The notes: generated from the sequence alone by a model not told the origin. A stretch of DNA of 38,264 nt from Clostridia bacterium (GCA_036307325.1 JAXJXW010000034.1:1-38264), one strand, 5' to 3'. Shown: positions 10,878-20,456, counted from the stretch's first letter. Made by a program: numbers and translations.

Positions 10878-12230
10878 GTGAACGATTTGGCAATAACGGT
10901 TGGGTTTGTGTCCCTTGGCTGCAACAAAAACCTTTGTGATACTGAAAATATGATGGGCATTCTTGCTTTAAATGGGTTTGAGCTTGTAAATGACCCTTCA
11001 AAAGCAAGTGTAATTATAATAAATACCTGCGGCTTTATTGAAAGTGCAAAGCAGGAGTCAATTGATACAATATTGGAAATGGCAGATTATAAGAAACAAA
11101 GCTGCAAGCTGCTTGTGGCCTGCGGATGCCTTGTCCAAAGATATTACAACGAAATGCGTGACGAGCTGCCTGAGGTTGACATAATGGTGGGTACAACTGC
11201 AATTGATGAAATTCTGACGGCGGTGAAGGAAGGCTTGCAGGGCAAAAAAATATCCCTTATAAAAGGAATAGATGACTCTGTAGAGGAGCATTTGCCCAGA
11301 ATAAGAACAACGCAAAGCCATGTTGCATATTTAAAAATAGCCGAGGGCTGTGACAACAGATGCACATATTGTGCAATACCCTATATAAGGGGAAGATACA
11401 GAAGCAGAAAAATAGAGGATATATTGGAGGAAGCACGCTCCCTTGCAGCTGACGAGGTGAAGGAAATAATTGTTGTGGCGCAGGATACCACACGCTACGG
11501 AATTGATTTATACGGCGAAAAAAAGCTTTCCGAGCTTCTTAAAAGTCTTTGTGCCATAGAAGGCGTTAAATGGGTTCGTGTCCATTACTGTTATCCCGAA
11601 GAAATAGATGATAAGCTCATAGAAACAATTAAAAACGAAGAAAAAATCGTTAAATATCTTGATATACCCGTTCAGCACGGAAGTGACAGTGTTTTAAAAA
11701 GAATGGGAAGACGCACCGACAGAAAAAGCATTGAAGAACTCATAAAAAAGCTCAGGGAAAATATTCCCGGAATCACACTGCGAACCAGTATAATTGCAGG
11801 GTTTCCCGGTGAAACTCAGGAAGAATTTGATGAGCTTCTTGAGTTTTTGCAAGAGGTAAGGTTTGACAGAGTGGGCGCATTTGCCTATTCCTGTGAGGAG
11901 GGTACTCCGGCTGCAAAGCTGGATGGTCAGCTTGAGGAAAATGTAAAGGAAGCACGCCGTGATGCAGTGTTGGAGCTGTCTCAAAAAATATCTCTCAAGC
12001 GAAATCAAGCCATGATTGGTAAAACCATTGAAGTTGTGGCAGAGGGCTTTGAAGATAACTTCTATTTTGGAAGAAGTGGCGGCGAAAGCATTGAAATTGA
12101 CCCAAAGGTGTATTTTGCGGCGCATCGCGATTTAGAAATCGGTGATTTTGCGCTTGTTGAAATAAAAGACGCAGATGAATATGATCTTTATGGAGAGGAA
12201 AGGTTGGATGAAAATGAATTTACCAAATAA
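10878..12230 (+). CDS. rimO: Ribosomal protein S12 methylthiotransferase
   Basis: Has the N-terminal MTTase domain (FVSLGCNKN), the radical SAM motif CDNRCTYC and a C-terminal TRAM domain. The start is either the GTG at 10878 or the TTG at 10887 (GAGGAG RBS at 10873-10878, 8-nt spacing). Confidence 0.9.
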   Translation: MNDLAITVGFVSLGCNKNLCDTENMMGILALNGFELVNDPSKASVIIINTCGFIESAKQESIDTILEMADYKKQSCKLLVACGCLVQRYYNEMRDELPEVDIMVGTTAIDEILTAVKEGLQGKKISLIKGIDDSVEEHLPRIRTTQSHVAYLKIAEGCDNRCTYCAIPYIRGRYRSRKIEDILEEARSLAADEVKEIIVVAQDTTRYGIDLYGEKKLSELLKSLCAIEGVKWVRVHYCYPEEIDDKLIETIKNEEKIVKYLDIPVQHGSDSVLKRMGRRTDRKSIEELIKKLRENIPGITLRTSIIAGFPGETQEEFDELLEFLQEVRFDRVGAFAYSCEEGTPAAKLDGQLEENVKEARRDAVLELSQKISLKRNQAMIGKTIEVVAEGFEDNFYFGRSGGESIEIDPKVYFAAHRDLEIGDFALVEIKDADEYDLYGEERLDENEFTK

Positions 12231-12717
12231 GCTTACTGTTGCAAGGATTATAATGGTGCCCATTACAATGGCTCTTTTAATGATGGGTTATAATATTTGG
12301 GCGCTTGTGGTTTTTGCAATAGCCTCATTTACCGATTTTCTTGACGGATATATTGCAAGAAAGTATAATCTTGTGTCCGCCTTCGGAAAAATCATGGACC
12401 CACTGGCTGACAAGCTCCTTGTATTCGGTGCGCTTTTGGCTTTTATTGCTCTTGGCAAGGTTTCCCTATGGGCACCCATGATTATTATATCCCGTGAATT
12501 TTTCGTCACCTGTATGCGTGTTGTTGCAGTGGCGGAAGGAAAGGTTATTGCGGCTTCAATGTGGGGAAAAATAAAGACAAATGTGCAGCTTTTTGCACTT
12601 ATCTTCTCCATGCTCTTCATAGAGCAGGCGGCAATTTTCATATGGATAAGTGCATTGTTTACACTTGCAAGCTGGGTTGCATATATTGTGGAGAATAAAG
12701 AGGTTTTCAGGGGGTAG
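12208..12717 (+). CDS. pgsA: CDP-diacylglycerol--glycerol-3-phosphate 3-phosphatidyltransferase
   Basis: CDP-alcohol phosphatidyltransferase motif DGYIARK..G...DPLADK within a multi-TM protein. The ATG at 12208 follows GGAGAGGAAAGG and overlaps the rimO 3' end. The longer track ORF start (12175) is unlikely. Confidence 0.9.
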   Translation: MKMNLPNKLTVARIIMVPITMALLMMGYNIWALVVFAIASFTDFLDGYIARKYNLVSAFGKIMDPLADKLLVFGALLAFIALGKVSLWAPMIIISREFFVTCMRVVAVAEGKVIAASMWGKIKTNVQLFALIFSMLFIEQAAIFIWISALFTLASWVAYIVENKEVFRG

Positions 12718-12721
12718 TATT

Positions 12722-13552
12722 ATGACGGCAATCAGATTTCCGCAAGGAAAAACAAAGGCTGTTACACTCAGCTATGATGACGCTGTTGAAGCGGACATCA
12801 CACTTGTATCTATTCTAAAAAAATATGGGCTGAAGTGTACATTTAATATAAATTCAGGGCTTTTGCTTGAAGAAACAAGGGCAGACCGTGACCCTTTCCG
12901 CAGAATGTCGGTTGAGCAGGCAAAGGAGCTTTATATAGGTTCAGGGCATGAGCTTGCGGTACATACGCTCACCCATTGTTTCCCTGAACAGCTTACACCC
13001 GTTCAGCTTACCCATGAGGTAATGAAGGATAGAGAAAATATTGAAAAATATTTCGGGAACATAGCCGTAGGCATGGCATATCCCTGCGGAATATATAATG
13101 ATTCCATTGTAGATATTCTCAAAAGCTGCGGAATTTGTTATGCAAGAACCACTGAGTGTGATGAAAGCTTTAATCTTCCTCAGGACTGGCTTCGCCTTAA
13201 AGGAACGGCACGCCATATAAATCCGAGGCTTATGGAGCTTTGCGACAGGTTTTTAAACACAACAATTGCCACATACACCCCTGCAAAGCTTTTTTATCTT
13301 TGGGGTCACAGCTATGAATTTGTAAGCGACAATAACTGGGAGGTTATTGAACAGTTCGGAAAGAAAATGGGCGGCCATGATGATATTTGGTACGCAACAA
13401 ATGTTGAAATTTATGACTATTGTGAGGCATATAAAAAGCTTAGATTCAATGCAGAGGGTGATGCTTGTATGAATTTAAGCTCAATGGATTTATACTTCCA
13501 GAATAAAGATAAGATTTACTGCGTAAAAAGCGGCGAAACCCTGCATCTGTAA
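12722..13552 (+). CDS. Polysaccharide deacetylase (NodB homology) family protein
   Basis: LSYDD motif near the N-terminus and H..H-type metal ligands (AVHTLTH). The ATG at 12722 has a GGGGG RBS. The track ORF N-terminal extension overlaps pgsA and is rejected. Confidence 0.65.
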   Translation: MTAIRFPQGKTKAVTLSYDDAVEADITLVSILKKYGLKCTFNINSGLLLEETRADRDPFRRMSVEQAKELYIGSGHELAVHTLTHCFPEQLTPVQLTHEVMKDRENIEKYFGNIAVGMAYPCGIYNDSIVDILKSCGICYARTTECDESFNLPQDWLRLKGTARHINPRLMELCDRFLNTTIATYTPAKLFYLWGHSYEFVSDNNWEVIEQFGKKMGGHDDIWYATNVEIYDYCEAYKKLRFNAEGDACMNLSSMDLYFQNKDKIYCVKSGETLHL

Positions 13553-13588
13553 AAAGCAGTTTTTTGAGGCATTAGGCGGAGGTAAGCT

Positions 13589-14710
13589 ATGGACAGTGCT
13601 ATGCGTATGTGCGCGCAGATTGATACATCTGCGCTGAAGCAAAATATTATAAATATAAAAAAGATGATTCCAGAGGGCGTTAAGGTAATGCCCGTAATAA
13701 AGGCAGATGCCTACGGCCATGGTGCGGCGGAGGTTGCGGCGGTTTTAGAGCCATATGCCGATTATTTTGCCGTTGCAATAATTGAGGAGGCGGAGGCTCT
13801 GCGTAAAAACGGCGTAAAAAAGCCAATAATGATGCTGGGCTACTGCTCTCCGGAGTGCTTTGAGAGAGCACTTAAAAATAATATAACACTGACTGTGTTT
13901 ACCTATGAAGATGCGAGAGAGCTTTCCGAAAAAGCACGGAAAATGGGAAAAACGGCAACTGTTCACATTGCTGTAGATACGGGAATGTGCCGTATAGGCT
14001 TTGGGTGCAATGAAGAAAATGCAGAGGTAATCAAACGCATTTCAAAGCTGGAAAATATTGATTTGGAGGGTGTTTTCACCCATTTTGCAACTGCTGATGA
14101 AGCAGACAGGAGTTTTACAAATCTTCAGGCGAAGCGGTTTTCGGATTTTCTTGATGCTCTTGAGAAAAAAGGCGTAAATATCAGAATAAGGCACGCCTCA
14201 AACAGTGCCGCAATAATGGATTACCCCGATTTAAGACTTGATATGGTGCGTGCGGGAATTATTGTGTACGGGCTTTATCCTTCAGATGAAGTAAAGAAGG
14301 AAAGCCTTTGCCTGAAGCCTGCAATGCAGCTTATTTCAAAGGTTATCTATGTTAAGGAAATTCACAAGGGCGATACGGTAAGCTACGGAAGAACCTTTAC
14401 CGCAAAGGGTACAATCCGTGTTGCAACAGTGCCCGTAGGCTATGCCGACGGTTATCCGAGGCTTCTTTCAAACAAGGGCAGGGTTTTGATAAACGGGGCA
14501 TATGCGCCTATAATAGGCCGTGTTTGCATGGATCAGCTTATGGTAGATGTTACGGATATTGATAATGTAAAAACAGGAGATACCATCATCCTTTTCGGAA
14601 AGCAGGGCGAAGGTGAAATCACTGTTGATGAGGTTGCAAAGCACGCCCAAACGATAAATTATGAAATCATTTGCACAATAGGAAAGCGAGTGCCCAGAGT
14701 TTATACCTAA
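13589..14710 (+). CDS. alr: Alanine racemase
   Basis: 373 aa with the PLP-lysine motif VIKADAYGHG and the C-terminal motifs VGYADGY and GRVCMD. Confidence 0.93.
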   Translation: MDSAMRMCAQIDTSALKQNIINIKKMIPEGVKVMPVIKADAYGHGAAEVAAVLEPYADYFAVAIIEEAEALRKNGVKKPIMMLGYCSPECFERALKNNITLTVFTYEDARELSEKARKMGKTATVHIAVDTGMCRIGFGCNEENAEVIKRISKLENIDLEGVFTHFATADEADRSFTNLQAKRFSDFLDALEKKGVNIRIRHASNSAAIMDYPDLRLDMVRAGIIVYGLYPSDEVKKESLCLKPAMQLISKVIYVKEIHKGDTVSYGRTFTAKGTIRVATVPVGYADGYPRLLSNKGRVLINGAYAPIIGRVCMDQLMVDVTDIDNVKTGDTIILFGKQGEGEITVDEVAKHAQTINYEIICTIGKRVPRVYT

Positions 14711-14716
14711 AGAGGG

Positions 14717-16075
14717 ATGAAAAAATTGAAGAACAAAACAATTTTTGTTTGCCGCGAATGCGGAAATGAATCTGCAAAATGGATGGGCAAATGCCCCATG
14801 TGCGGAACATGGAATTCCATGGTGGAAGAGAATATAGTGAAAACAAGTGCGGCACCCAAGGTATCAAAACAGGCGGCTCCCGTTTTGATTACGGAAATTT
14901 CAACCTCTGAGGGTGAAAGGGAAAGCAGCGGTTCACAAGAGCTGAACAGGGTTTTCGGCGGCGGAATTGTAAAAGGCTCCCTTATACTGTGCGGCGGCGA
15001 ACCGGGAATAGGTAAATCAACGCTTCTTTTGCAAGTGGCAAAAAATGTTTCTGCCAACAAGAAGGTTCTTTATGTTTCCGGGGAAGAATCGGATAAACAG
15101 ATAAAGCTTCGTGCCGACAGATTGGGAGCTTTATCAAATAATCTTCTTGTTTTAAATGAAACTGACCTTGGCACCATACTTTCCGTAATAGAAAAGATAA
15201 AGCCCGATTATGTTATTGCCGATTCAATCCAGACCTTCTATTCCGAAGAGCTTACTTCATCACCGGGAAGCGTAGGGCAGGTAAGAGAATGCACCATGAA
15301 ATTTATGGAAATAGCAAAAGGCAATGGGATTACCTTCTTTATTGTGGGTCATGTTACCAAGGAAGGCTCTATTGCCGGACCCAGGGTGCTTGAGCATATG
15401 GTTGACTGCGTGCTTTATTTTGAAGGTGAACGCCACCAAAGCTATCGTATAGTCCGTGCCGTAAAAAACAGGTTCGGATCCACAAATGAAATAGGTGTTT
15501 TTGAAATGACGGACAAGGGGCTGATAGATGTAAAAAATCCATCACTCATGCTCCTTTCAGGCCGCCCCACAAAGGCACCGGGAAGTGCCGTAGTCTGCTC
15601 TGTTGAGGGAACACGCCCCATTCTTGCGGAAATACAGGCACTTGTTTCATCAAGCAGCTTTTCAATGCCCCGCAGAATGGCGTCGGGTGTGGACTATAAC
15701 AGGGTAACACTTCTTATGACGGTGCTTGAAAAGCGTGTGGGTTTAAATATCGGCACCCATGACGCCTATGTAAATGTAACGGGAGGAATTCGCCTTGACG
15801 AAACGGCTGCAGACCTTGCCATAGTCTGTGCAATAGCGTCAAGTTTCAGAAATCAGCCCCTGCCTGAGGACATGGCTTTTTTCGGAGAAGTGGGATTAAC
15901 AGGTGAAATAAGAACCGTAACACAGGCGGCACGGAGAGTTGCAGAAATTAAGAAAATGGGATTTAAAAGGTGTATGCTGCCCTTTGACTGCCTCGGCTCA
16001 TTAGATAAATGTGACGGAATACAGCTTGTGGCAGTAAAAACCTTGGGCGATGCCCTTGAATATATAAAAGAGTAG
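14717..16075 (+). CDS. radA: DNA repair protein RadA (Sms)
   Basis: N-terminal zinc finger CRECG..CPMCG, Walker A GEPGIGKST, the KNRFG motif and a Lon-protease-like C-terminal domain. Confidence 0.95.
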   Translation: MKKLKNKTIFVCRECGNESAKWMGKCPMCGTWNSMVEENIVKTSAAPKVSKQAAPVLITEISTSEGERESSGSQELNRVFGGGIVKGSLILCGGEPGIGKSTLLLQVAKNVSANKKVLYVSGEESDKQIKLRADRLGALSNNLLVLNETDLGTILSVIEKIKPDYVIADSIQTFYSEELTSSPGSVGQVRECTMKFMEIAKGNGITFFIVGHVTKEGSIAGPRVLEHMVDCVLYFEGERHQSYRIVRAVKNRFGSTNEIGVFEMTDKGLIDVKNPSLMLLSGRPTKAPGSAVVCSVEGTRPILAEIQALVSSSSFSMPRRMASGVDYNRVTLLMTVLEKRVGLNIGTHDAYVNVTGGIRLDETAADLAIVCAIASSFRNQPLPEDMAFFGEVGLTGEIRTVTQAARRVAEIKKMGFKRCMLPFDCLGSLDKCDGIQLVAVKTLGDALEYIKE

Positions 16076-16083
16076 GAATTACA

Positions 16084-16806
16084 ATGAATAAAACTGTTTT
16101 GATAACGGGTGCGTCACGGGGTATCGGGTGTGAAATTGCAAGAAAATTTTATCATGCAGGATATAATGTGGCAATAAACTATAATAAAAGCGAAAAGGAA
16201 GCACTGGAGCTTGCAAAGGAGCTTAAGGGCAGTGTTTTGGTTCAAGGCGATGTATCAATAGAAGCTGAAGCCGAAAGGGCAATACGCCAAACCGTTGAAG
16301 CCTTTGGGAAAATTGATGTTGTGGTAAACAATGCGGGAATAAGCCGCTTTAACCTTGTTACGGATATATCTCTTGAAGAGTGGAACGAGGTGTTTTCCAC
16401 AAATGTCACAGGCACCTTTCTCATGTGTAAATACGCACTTAAGGAAATGATTGGTAAAAAAAGCGGAAGTATTATAAATATTTCCTCTGTTTGGGGCGTG
16501 TCCGGAGCTTCCTGCGAAAGCTGCTACAGTGCATCAAAGGGTGCGGTAATTGCTTTTACAAAAGCTCTTGCAAAGGAGCTTGGCCCATCGGGAATAAGAG
16601 TCAATGCCATAGCTCCGGGCTTTATTGATACGGATATGAATAAAAATATTTCCGAGGAGGATGCAAGGGCATTTTTTGAAGAAACACCTCTGGGTCGTGC
16701 AGGGAAGCCTCAGGAGGTTGCCTCAGCGGCACTGTTTCTTGCGTCAGAGGAAGCCTCATTTATAACAGGGCAGATTTTGGAAGTTGACGGTGGAGTAATA
16801 ATATAA
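16084..16806 (+). CDS. SDR family oxidoreductase (3-oxoacyl-ACP reductase-like)
   Basis: 240 aa with TGASRGIG, NNAG and the YSASK catalytic motif. Substrate cannot be assigned from sequence. Confidence 0.85.
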   Translation: MNKTVLITGASRGIGCEIARKFYHAGYNVAINYNKSEKEALELAKELKGSVLVQGDVSIEAEAERAIRQTVEAFGKIDVVVNNAGISRFNLVTDISLEEWNEVFSTNVTGTFLMCKYALKEMIGKKSGSIINISSVWGVSGASCESCYSASKGAVIAFTKALAKELGPSGIRVNAIAPGFIDTDMNKNISEEDARAFFEETPLGRAGKPQEVASAALFLASEEASFITGQILEVDGGVII

Positions 16807-16952
16807 AAAACAGAAGAAATGGGATGTAAATTAAAAAATTTATTTATTTAATATTTTCTTGCTATGAAAAAACTTCGCCTTCGGGTAACCCAAAGCCTTT
16901 GGCTTTGGCTCAGTTTTTCCATTCTGAACAATTTTTCCTATCCCATTAAAAC

Positions 16953-16990
16953 GGGCTGTTTAAAAACTTTAGTTTGTTTTTAAACAGCCC
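16953..16990. terminator. Bidirectional intrinsic terminator between convergent genes
   Basis: GGGCTGTTTAAAAAC-(8 nt)-GTTTTTAAACAGCCC forms a 15-bp perfect stem, with A/T-rich tracts on both sides. Confidence 0.7.
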
Positions 16991-16997
16991 ATTTGAT

Positions 16998-17840
16998 TTA
17001 ATCTAAATCATTGTCCTCTTCGCTGCAGCAGCCGTTCATTTTGTCTGTCATGCAGTCCTCAACAGGTGGGAAAAATTCATCAACGGGGAAGTTGATATTT
17101 GCAAACATTTCACAGGGGTCGTCAGGGGTGCTTGCAACACATTCTTTTTCTGGAATACAAAAATCGTACGCAGGAATAAGAAGCTGAACATTTCTTTGAA
17201 GCTTGATTATTGTGAACAAGCCTATTGAAACATATACTCTGTGTTGTGTTTCGGGGCAATTTACAAATCTGTCCTCAAACACACGGCGTACGCAATCGGG
17301 AATGTTGCTCACATCCATATCGTCATCACTGAACTTGCAGCAGTTATCTCCGGGATCTGCAACCTTTACCCCCAAACATATTGGGTCAACAACTTCCACC
17401 ACCGCTTTTGGCATGTTTGTTTTTTGCCAAAGCTGGGGGTCAAAGCTATCCTCCTTGTATTTAGAGGTGAATATTTTTGCACTGCCTTCGCTTCCGAATA
17501 AAACAACCTTCTTGTTGAAGCTAGCAACGCCCTCAACCTGTGTGGGGCGTGAAATGCCCGTGTAAACATCAAGGGTAATGCGGAAGAAGAAGTTAAGGTC
17601 AACAGTGTAATAGCCGCGGTTGAAGGGCATTTTTTCCACATCGCTGAATACCCATATCACTTCTGATTTGCGGCATTTAACATCAATCGCTCTGTCAACG
17701 ATTTCCTGTCCTGTTTCCGTTAAGTACACTCTCATACATTCTATGCATTCCTTGCTTCTGCATGAATCATATATTTTATCTGTTTGAATGCAGACTTTTT
17801 CTTTACAACCGAAAGAACCTGTAAGCTTTTCCTCAGCCAT
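16998..17840 (-). CDS. Hypothetical Cys-rich protein with an acidic C-terminus (family not recognised)
   Basis: 280-aa ORF with a strong RBS (AAGGAGGA) and its own terminator. Many Cys residues occur in CxxC-like clusters (CRSKECIECM, NCCKF, GCCSEED). Confidence 0.6.
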   Translation of the reverse strand: MAEEKLTGSFGCKEKVCIQTDKIYDSCRSKECIECMRVYLTETGQEIVDRAIDVKCRKSEVIWVFSDVEKMPFNRGYYTVDLNFFFRITLDVYTGISRPTQVEGVASFNKKVVLFGSEGSAKIFTSKYKEDSFDPQLWQKTNMPKAVVEVVDPICLGVKVADPGDNCCKFSDDDMDVSNIPDCVRRVFEDRFVNCPETQHRVYVSIGLFTIIKLQRNVQLLIPAYDFCIPEKECVASTPDDPCEMFANINFPVDEFFPPVEDCMTDKMNGCCSEEDNDLD

Positions 17841-17883
17841 AAAAAATCCTCCTTAAAAATGATTTAGGTCTTTGCCTATTACC

Positions 17884-17910
17884 ATTGTATGTGTATAAAA
17901 ATTTTTTTGT
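17884..17910 (-). promoter_or_regulatory. Possible mother-cell sporulation (sigmaE/sigmaK-type) promoter for the Cys-rich ORF
   Basis: The minus strand reads AC-(17 nt)-CATACAAT. CATACAAT resembles the Bacillus sigmaE/sigmaK -10 consensus (CATACA-T / CATA---TA). It lies 44 nt upstream of the ATG. Confidence 0.3.
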
Positions 17911-17963
17911 TCCACATTTGATAAAGCCAAATTTTGTCTTGAAGGAAAATTTTTTATTGCTGC

Positions 17964-17992
17964 TTGCATTTTATAATAAAATGGTATATAAT
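17964..17992 (+). promoter_or_regulatory. SigmaA-type promoter of the MarR-MarR-citrate synthase operon
   Basis: TTGCAT (17964-17969), a 17-nt spacer, then TATAAT (17987-17992). Confidence 0.6.
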
Positions 17993-18016
17993 TGAACTGT
18001 TCAGTTTTGAACAATT
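17990..18016 (+). promoter_or_regulatory. Putative MarR operator (TGAAC/GTTCA half-sites) overlapping the -10 and transcription start
   Basis: The sequence is AATTGAACTGTTCAGTTTTGAACAATT. It contains the palindrome TGAACTGTTCA (17993-18003) and a third TGAAC at 18008-18012. Confidence 0.45.
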
Positions 18017-18042
18017 TAATTTGCATAATTCAAGGAGTTCTT

Positions 18043-18477
18043 ATGTATAATTTATTGGAAAATGTTTTTATCAGCAAAGAGCTGTACCAGACAATGATTG
18101 AACCGCTGTGCGATAAATATGATATGACTCAGGCAGAAATGGTTGTGCTTTTGTTTTTAGCCAACAATCCGCAAAAGGATACGGCTACAGATATTGTTGA
18201 AAAACGCCGTATGACAAAATCTTCTGTATCTATGGCTGCAAGAGCGCTTCAGGAAAGAGGGCTGATTATCGGGCAGCATGTTGACGGCAACCATCGTTCC
18301 GTTCATTTGAGAGTTTGCGACAGTGCGTTAAAAATCATTGAAGACGGGAGAAAGGCTCAGAGCAAATTCTTTGAAATTCTGACCGGAAATTTTACTGAAG
18401 CTGAACGAACTGCATTTAACTATTACATCAAGCGTGTTACAAACAACATAAGAAACTATAATAATTCGGCTGAATGA
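18043..18477 (+). CDS. MarR family transcriptional regulator
   Basis: Winged-helix region (..TATDIVEKRRMTKSSVSMAARALQERGLI..). The ATG at 18043 follows the AAGGAG RBS (18032-18037). The track ORF's TTG-initiated extension is rejected. Confidence 0.85.
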   Translation: MYNLLENVFISKELYQTMIEPLCDKYDMTQAEMVVLLFLANNPQKDTATDIVEKRRMTKSSVSMAARALQERGLIIGQHVDGNHRSVHLRVCDSALKIIEDGRKAQSKFFEILTGNFTEAERTAFNYYIKRVTNNIRNYNNSAE

Positions 18478-18506
18478 CAAAGGCTTTTCATTGAACGGAG
18501 GTATAC

Positions 18507-19004
18507 ATGAATAAATTTAAAGATAAAAATGAAGTGGCGAAGCTGGCCTATGAATTGACCTACCACAAATACTTAATAAATAAAGATAAAGCTCATGCTT
18601 TATTTACAGATTTATCCGTTTCTGAATATATAGCGCTTCACAGTATTTCCAGAGCAACAACTAATATTGCCAATGGGGATAACAAGGCTTACTTAAAGGA
18701 TTTGGCAGATTATCTTGAAGTTCCTCTTCACAGCATGTCCAAAATGGCAGGCGACCTTAAAAACAGAGGTCTTGTATCTTGGTCTCACGACGGTGACGGG
18801 AGCAACGGAACATATATTGCACTTACAGACCTTGGTGTTAAATGTATGAGCCGTCAGGAAGAAAAGCTGAAAGAGTATTACAGTAAAGTAATAGAAAGGT
18901 TTGGTCATGATAATCTGATAAATTTGCTCCATCAAATAGAAAAGCTGGAAGAAATTATGGATATTGAATTTAAAGGGGAAACAGCAAATGACAAAGCAAG
19001 ATAA
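18507..19004 (+). CDS. MarR-like winged-helix regulator (divergent paralogue)
   Basis: 165 aa with the wHTH segment YLKDLADYLEVPLHSMSKMAGDLKNRGLV and a GGAGG RBS upstream. Its 3' end overlaps the citrate synthase start by 17 nt. Confidence 0.65.
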   Translation: MNKFKDKNEVAKLAYELTYHKYLINKDKAHALFTDLSVSEYIALHSISRATTNIANGDNKAYLKDLADYLEVPLHSMSKMAGDLKNRGLVSWSHDGDGSNGTYIALTDLGVKCMSRQEEKLKEYYSKVIERFGHDNLINLLHQIEKLEEIMDIEFKGETANDKAR

Positions 19005-20313
19005 TACTTATTTTATTCAAAAAGAAGAACTGTGCCGCAAAAATGACGCAATTGCCCCTCGTTTGTATGCCGAATACGGAGTGAAAAAGGGGCTTCGAGA
19101 TGAAAACGGAAACGGTGTGCTTGCGGGGCTTACAAATATATCCAAGATTATTTCCTCGGAGATTATCGGCGGCAAAAAAACCTCCTGCGACGGCAAGCTT
19201 TGGTATCGTGGGTATCGTGTTGAGGAACTGCTGAATAGCCTTGATGAAAAGGAATTGGGATACGAAAAAATTGCATACCTTTTGCTTATGGGAGAATTAC
19301 CCGACAATAAAGAAAATGCTGATTTTTTCAAATTGATTGGCGAAAACCGAACCCTTCCCTCAAACTTTACCCGTGATGTAATTATGAAAGCGCCCAGCCG
19401 TGATATTATGAACTCAATGACCCGCAGTATACTGACTCTTGCATCGTATGATGATAAAACCTTGGATAACAGTGTAAGCAATTCGCTGCGCCAGTGCATT
19501 CAGCTTATAAGTGTTTTTCCCCAGCTTGCAGTTTACGGCTATCATGCGTATAACTATTACGATAATTTAGACAGTATGTTTATTCATCGGCCTGACCCAA
19601 AGCTTTCAACAGCGGAAAACATTCTCTTGATGTTAAGACCTGATAAGAAATATACCGTAACCGAGGCAAAAGTATTAGATACCGCCTTAATTTTACATAT
19701 GGAACATGGCGGCGGCAATAACTCTACATTTGCTACAAGAGTAATAACATCGTCAGGTTCAGATACTTATTCAACAATCGCCGGAGCCATGTCCTCTCTC
19801 AAGGGGCCAAAGCACGGCGGTGCAAATATTAAGGTTATGGAAATGATGGAGGATATTCGCAGCAATGTTTCCGATTATTCGGATAAAGAAGAGGTAGGAG
19901 CTTATCTGACGAAGATAATCAATAAAGAAGCCTTTGACAAAAAAGGCTTGGTTTACGGAATGGGACACGCTGTGTATTCACTGTCTGACCCAAGGGAGAG
20001 GGTTTTTAAAAGCTATGTTGAAAAGCTTGCCCATGAAAAAGGACGAAACGAGGATCTGCAATTATACCAAAATGTGGAGGATCTTGCGCCTGAGCTTATT
20101 GCGAAATACAGGCATATTTATAAGGGCGTAAGCCCGAATGTGGATTTTTACAGTGGGTTCGTATACGATATGTTGGGAATTCCACGGGAGCTGTATACAG
20201 CCATGTTCGCTGTTGCAAGAATTGTCGGTTGGAGCGCACATCGCATTGAGGAATTGATTTGCACCGATAAGATTATCCGACCGGCATATATGAGCGTTAT
20301 GGAAGAAAAATGA
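18988..20313 (+). CDS. Citrate synthase (citrate/2-methylcitrate synthase family)
   Basis: Family motifs HGGGNNST, GPKHGGAN, GMGHAVY and NVDFYSG. The ATG at 18988 is preferred over the track start at 18964. Confidence 0.88.
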   Translation: MTKQDNTYFIQKEELCRKNDAIAPRLYAEYGVKKGLRDENGNGVLAGLTNISKIISSEIIGGKKTSCDGKLWYRGYRVEELLNSLDEKELGYEKIAYLLLMGELPDNKENADFFKLIGENRTLPSNFTRDVIMKAPSRDIMNSMTRSILTLASYDDKTLDNSVSNSLRQCIQLISVFPQLAVYGYHAYNYYDNLDSMFIHRPDPKLSTAENILLMLRPDKKYTVTEAKVLDTALILHMEHGGGNNSTFATRVITSSGSDTYSTIAGAMSSLKGPKHGGANIKVMEMMEDIRSNVSDYSDKEEVGAYLTKIINKEAFDKKGLVYGMGHAVYSLSDPRERVFKSYVEKLAHEKGRNEDLQLYQNVEDLAPELIAKYRHIYKGVSPNVDFYSGFVYDMLGIPRELYTAMFAVARIVGWSAHRIEELICTDKIIRPAYMSVMEEK

Positions 20314-20456
20314 ATTATAAAGAAACCGGTACGCTGATAGCCTGAAAATTGCAATATGCTTTATGCTATGAATCCAAGCTTAGCAATGCAAGTAAAATTG
20401 TTCACGCTTATGAGAGTGGCAGTCTTTGCGTGCAACAAAGGGTGTGCAAATTTTTA

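Noticed and set aside
10490-10960. 156-aa ORF antisense to recX and the rimO start
   Set aside because: It is a shadow ORF opposite two well-supported genes, with Ser/Ile-rich low-complexity sequence and no RBS.
12175-12207. N-terminally extended track starts for pgsA (12175), the deacetylase (12650), MarR (17992), citrate synthase (18964), the HMA protein (23299), ecfT (32357) and the ECF ATPase fusion (33259)
   Set aside because: In each case the extension overlaps the upstream gene or a promoter and lacks an RBS. An internal ATG with a well-spaced Shine-Dalgarno matches the expected family N-terminus.
16864-16983. 39-codon ORF (MKKLRLRVTQSLWLWLSF...) and short imperfect repeats (CCAAAGCCTTTGGCTTTGG) downstream of the SDR gene
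   Set aside because: It has no Shine-Dalgarno and runs through the bidirectional terminator stem. The repeats are too short and imperfect to call a REP element or sRNA from sequence alone.
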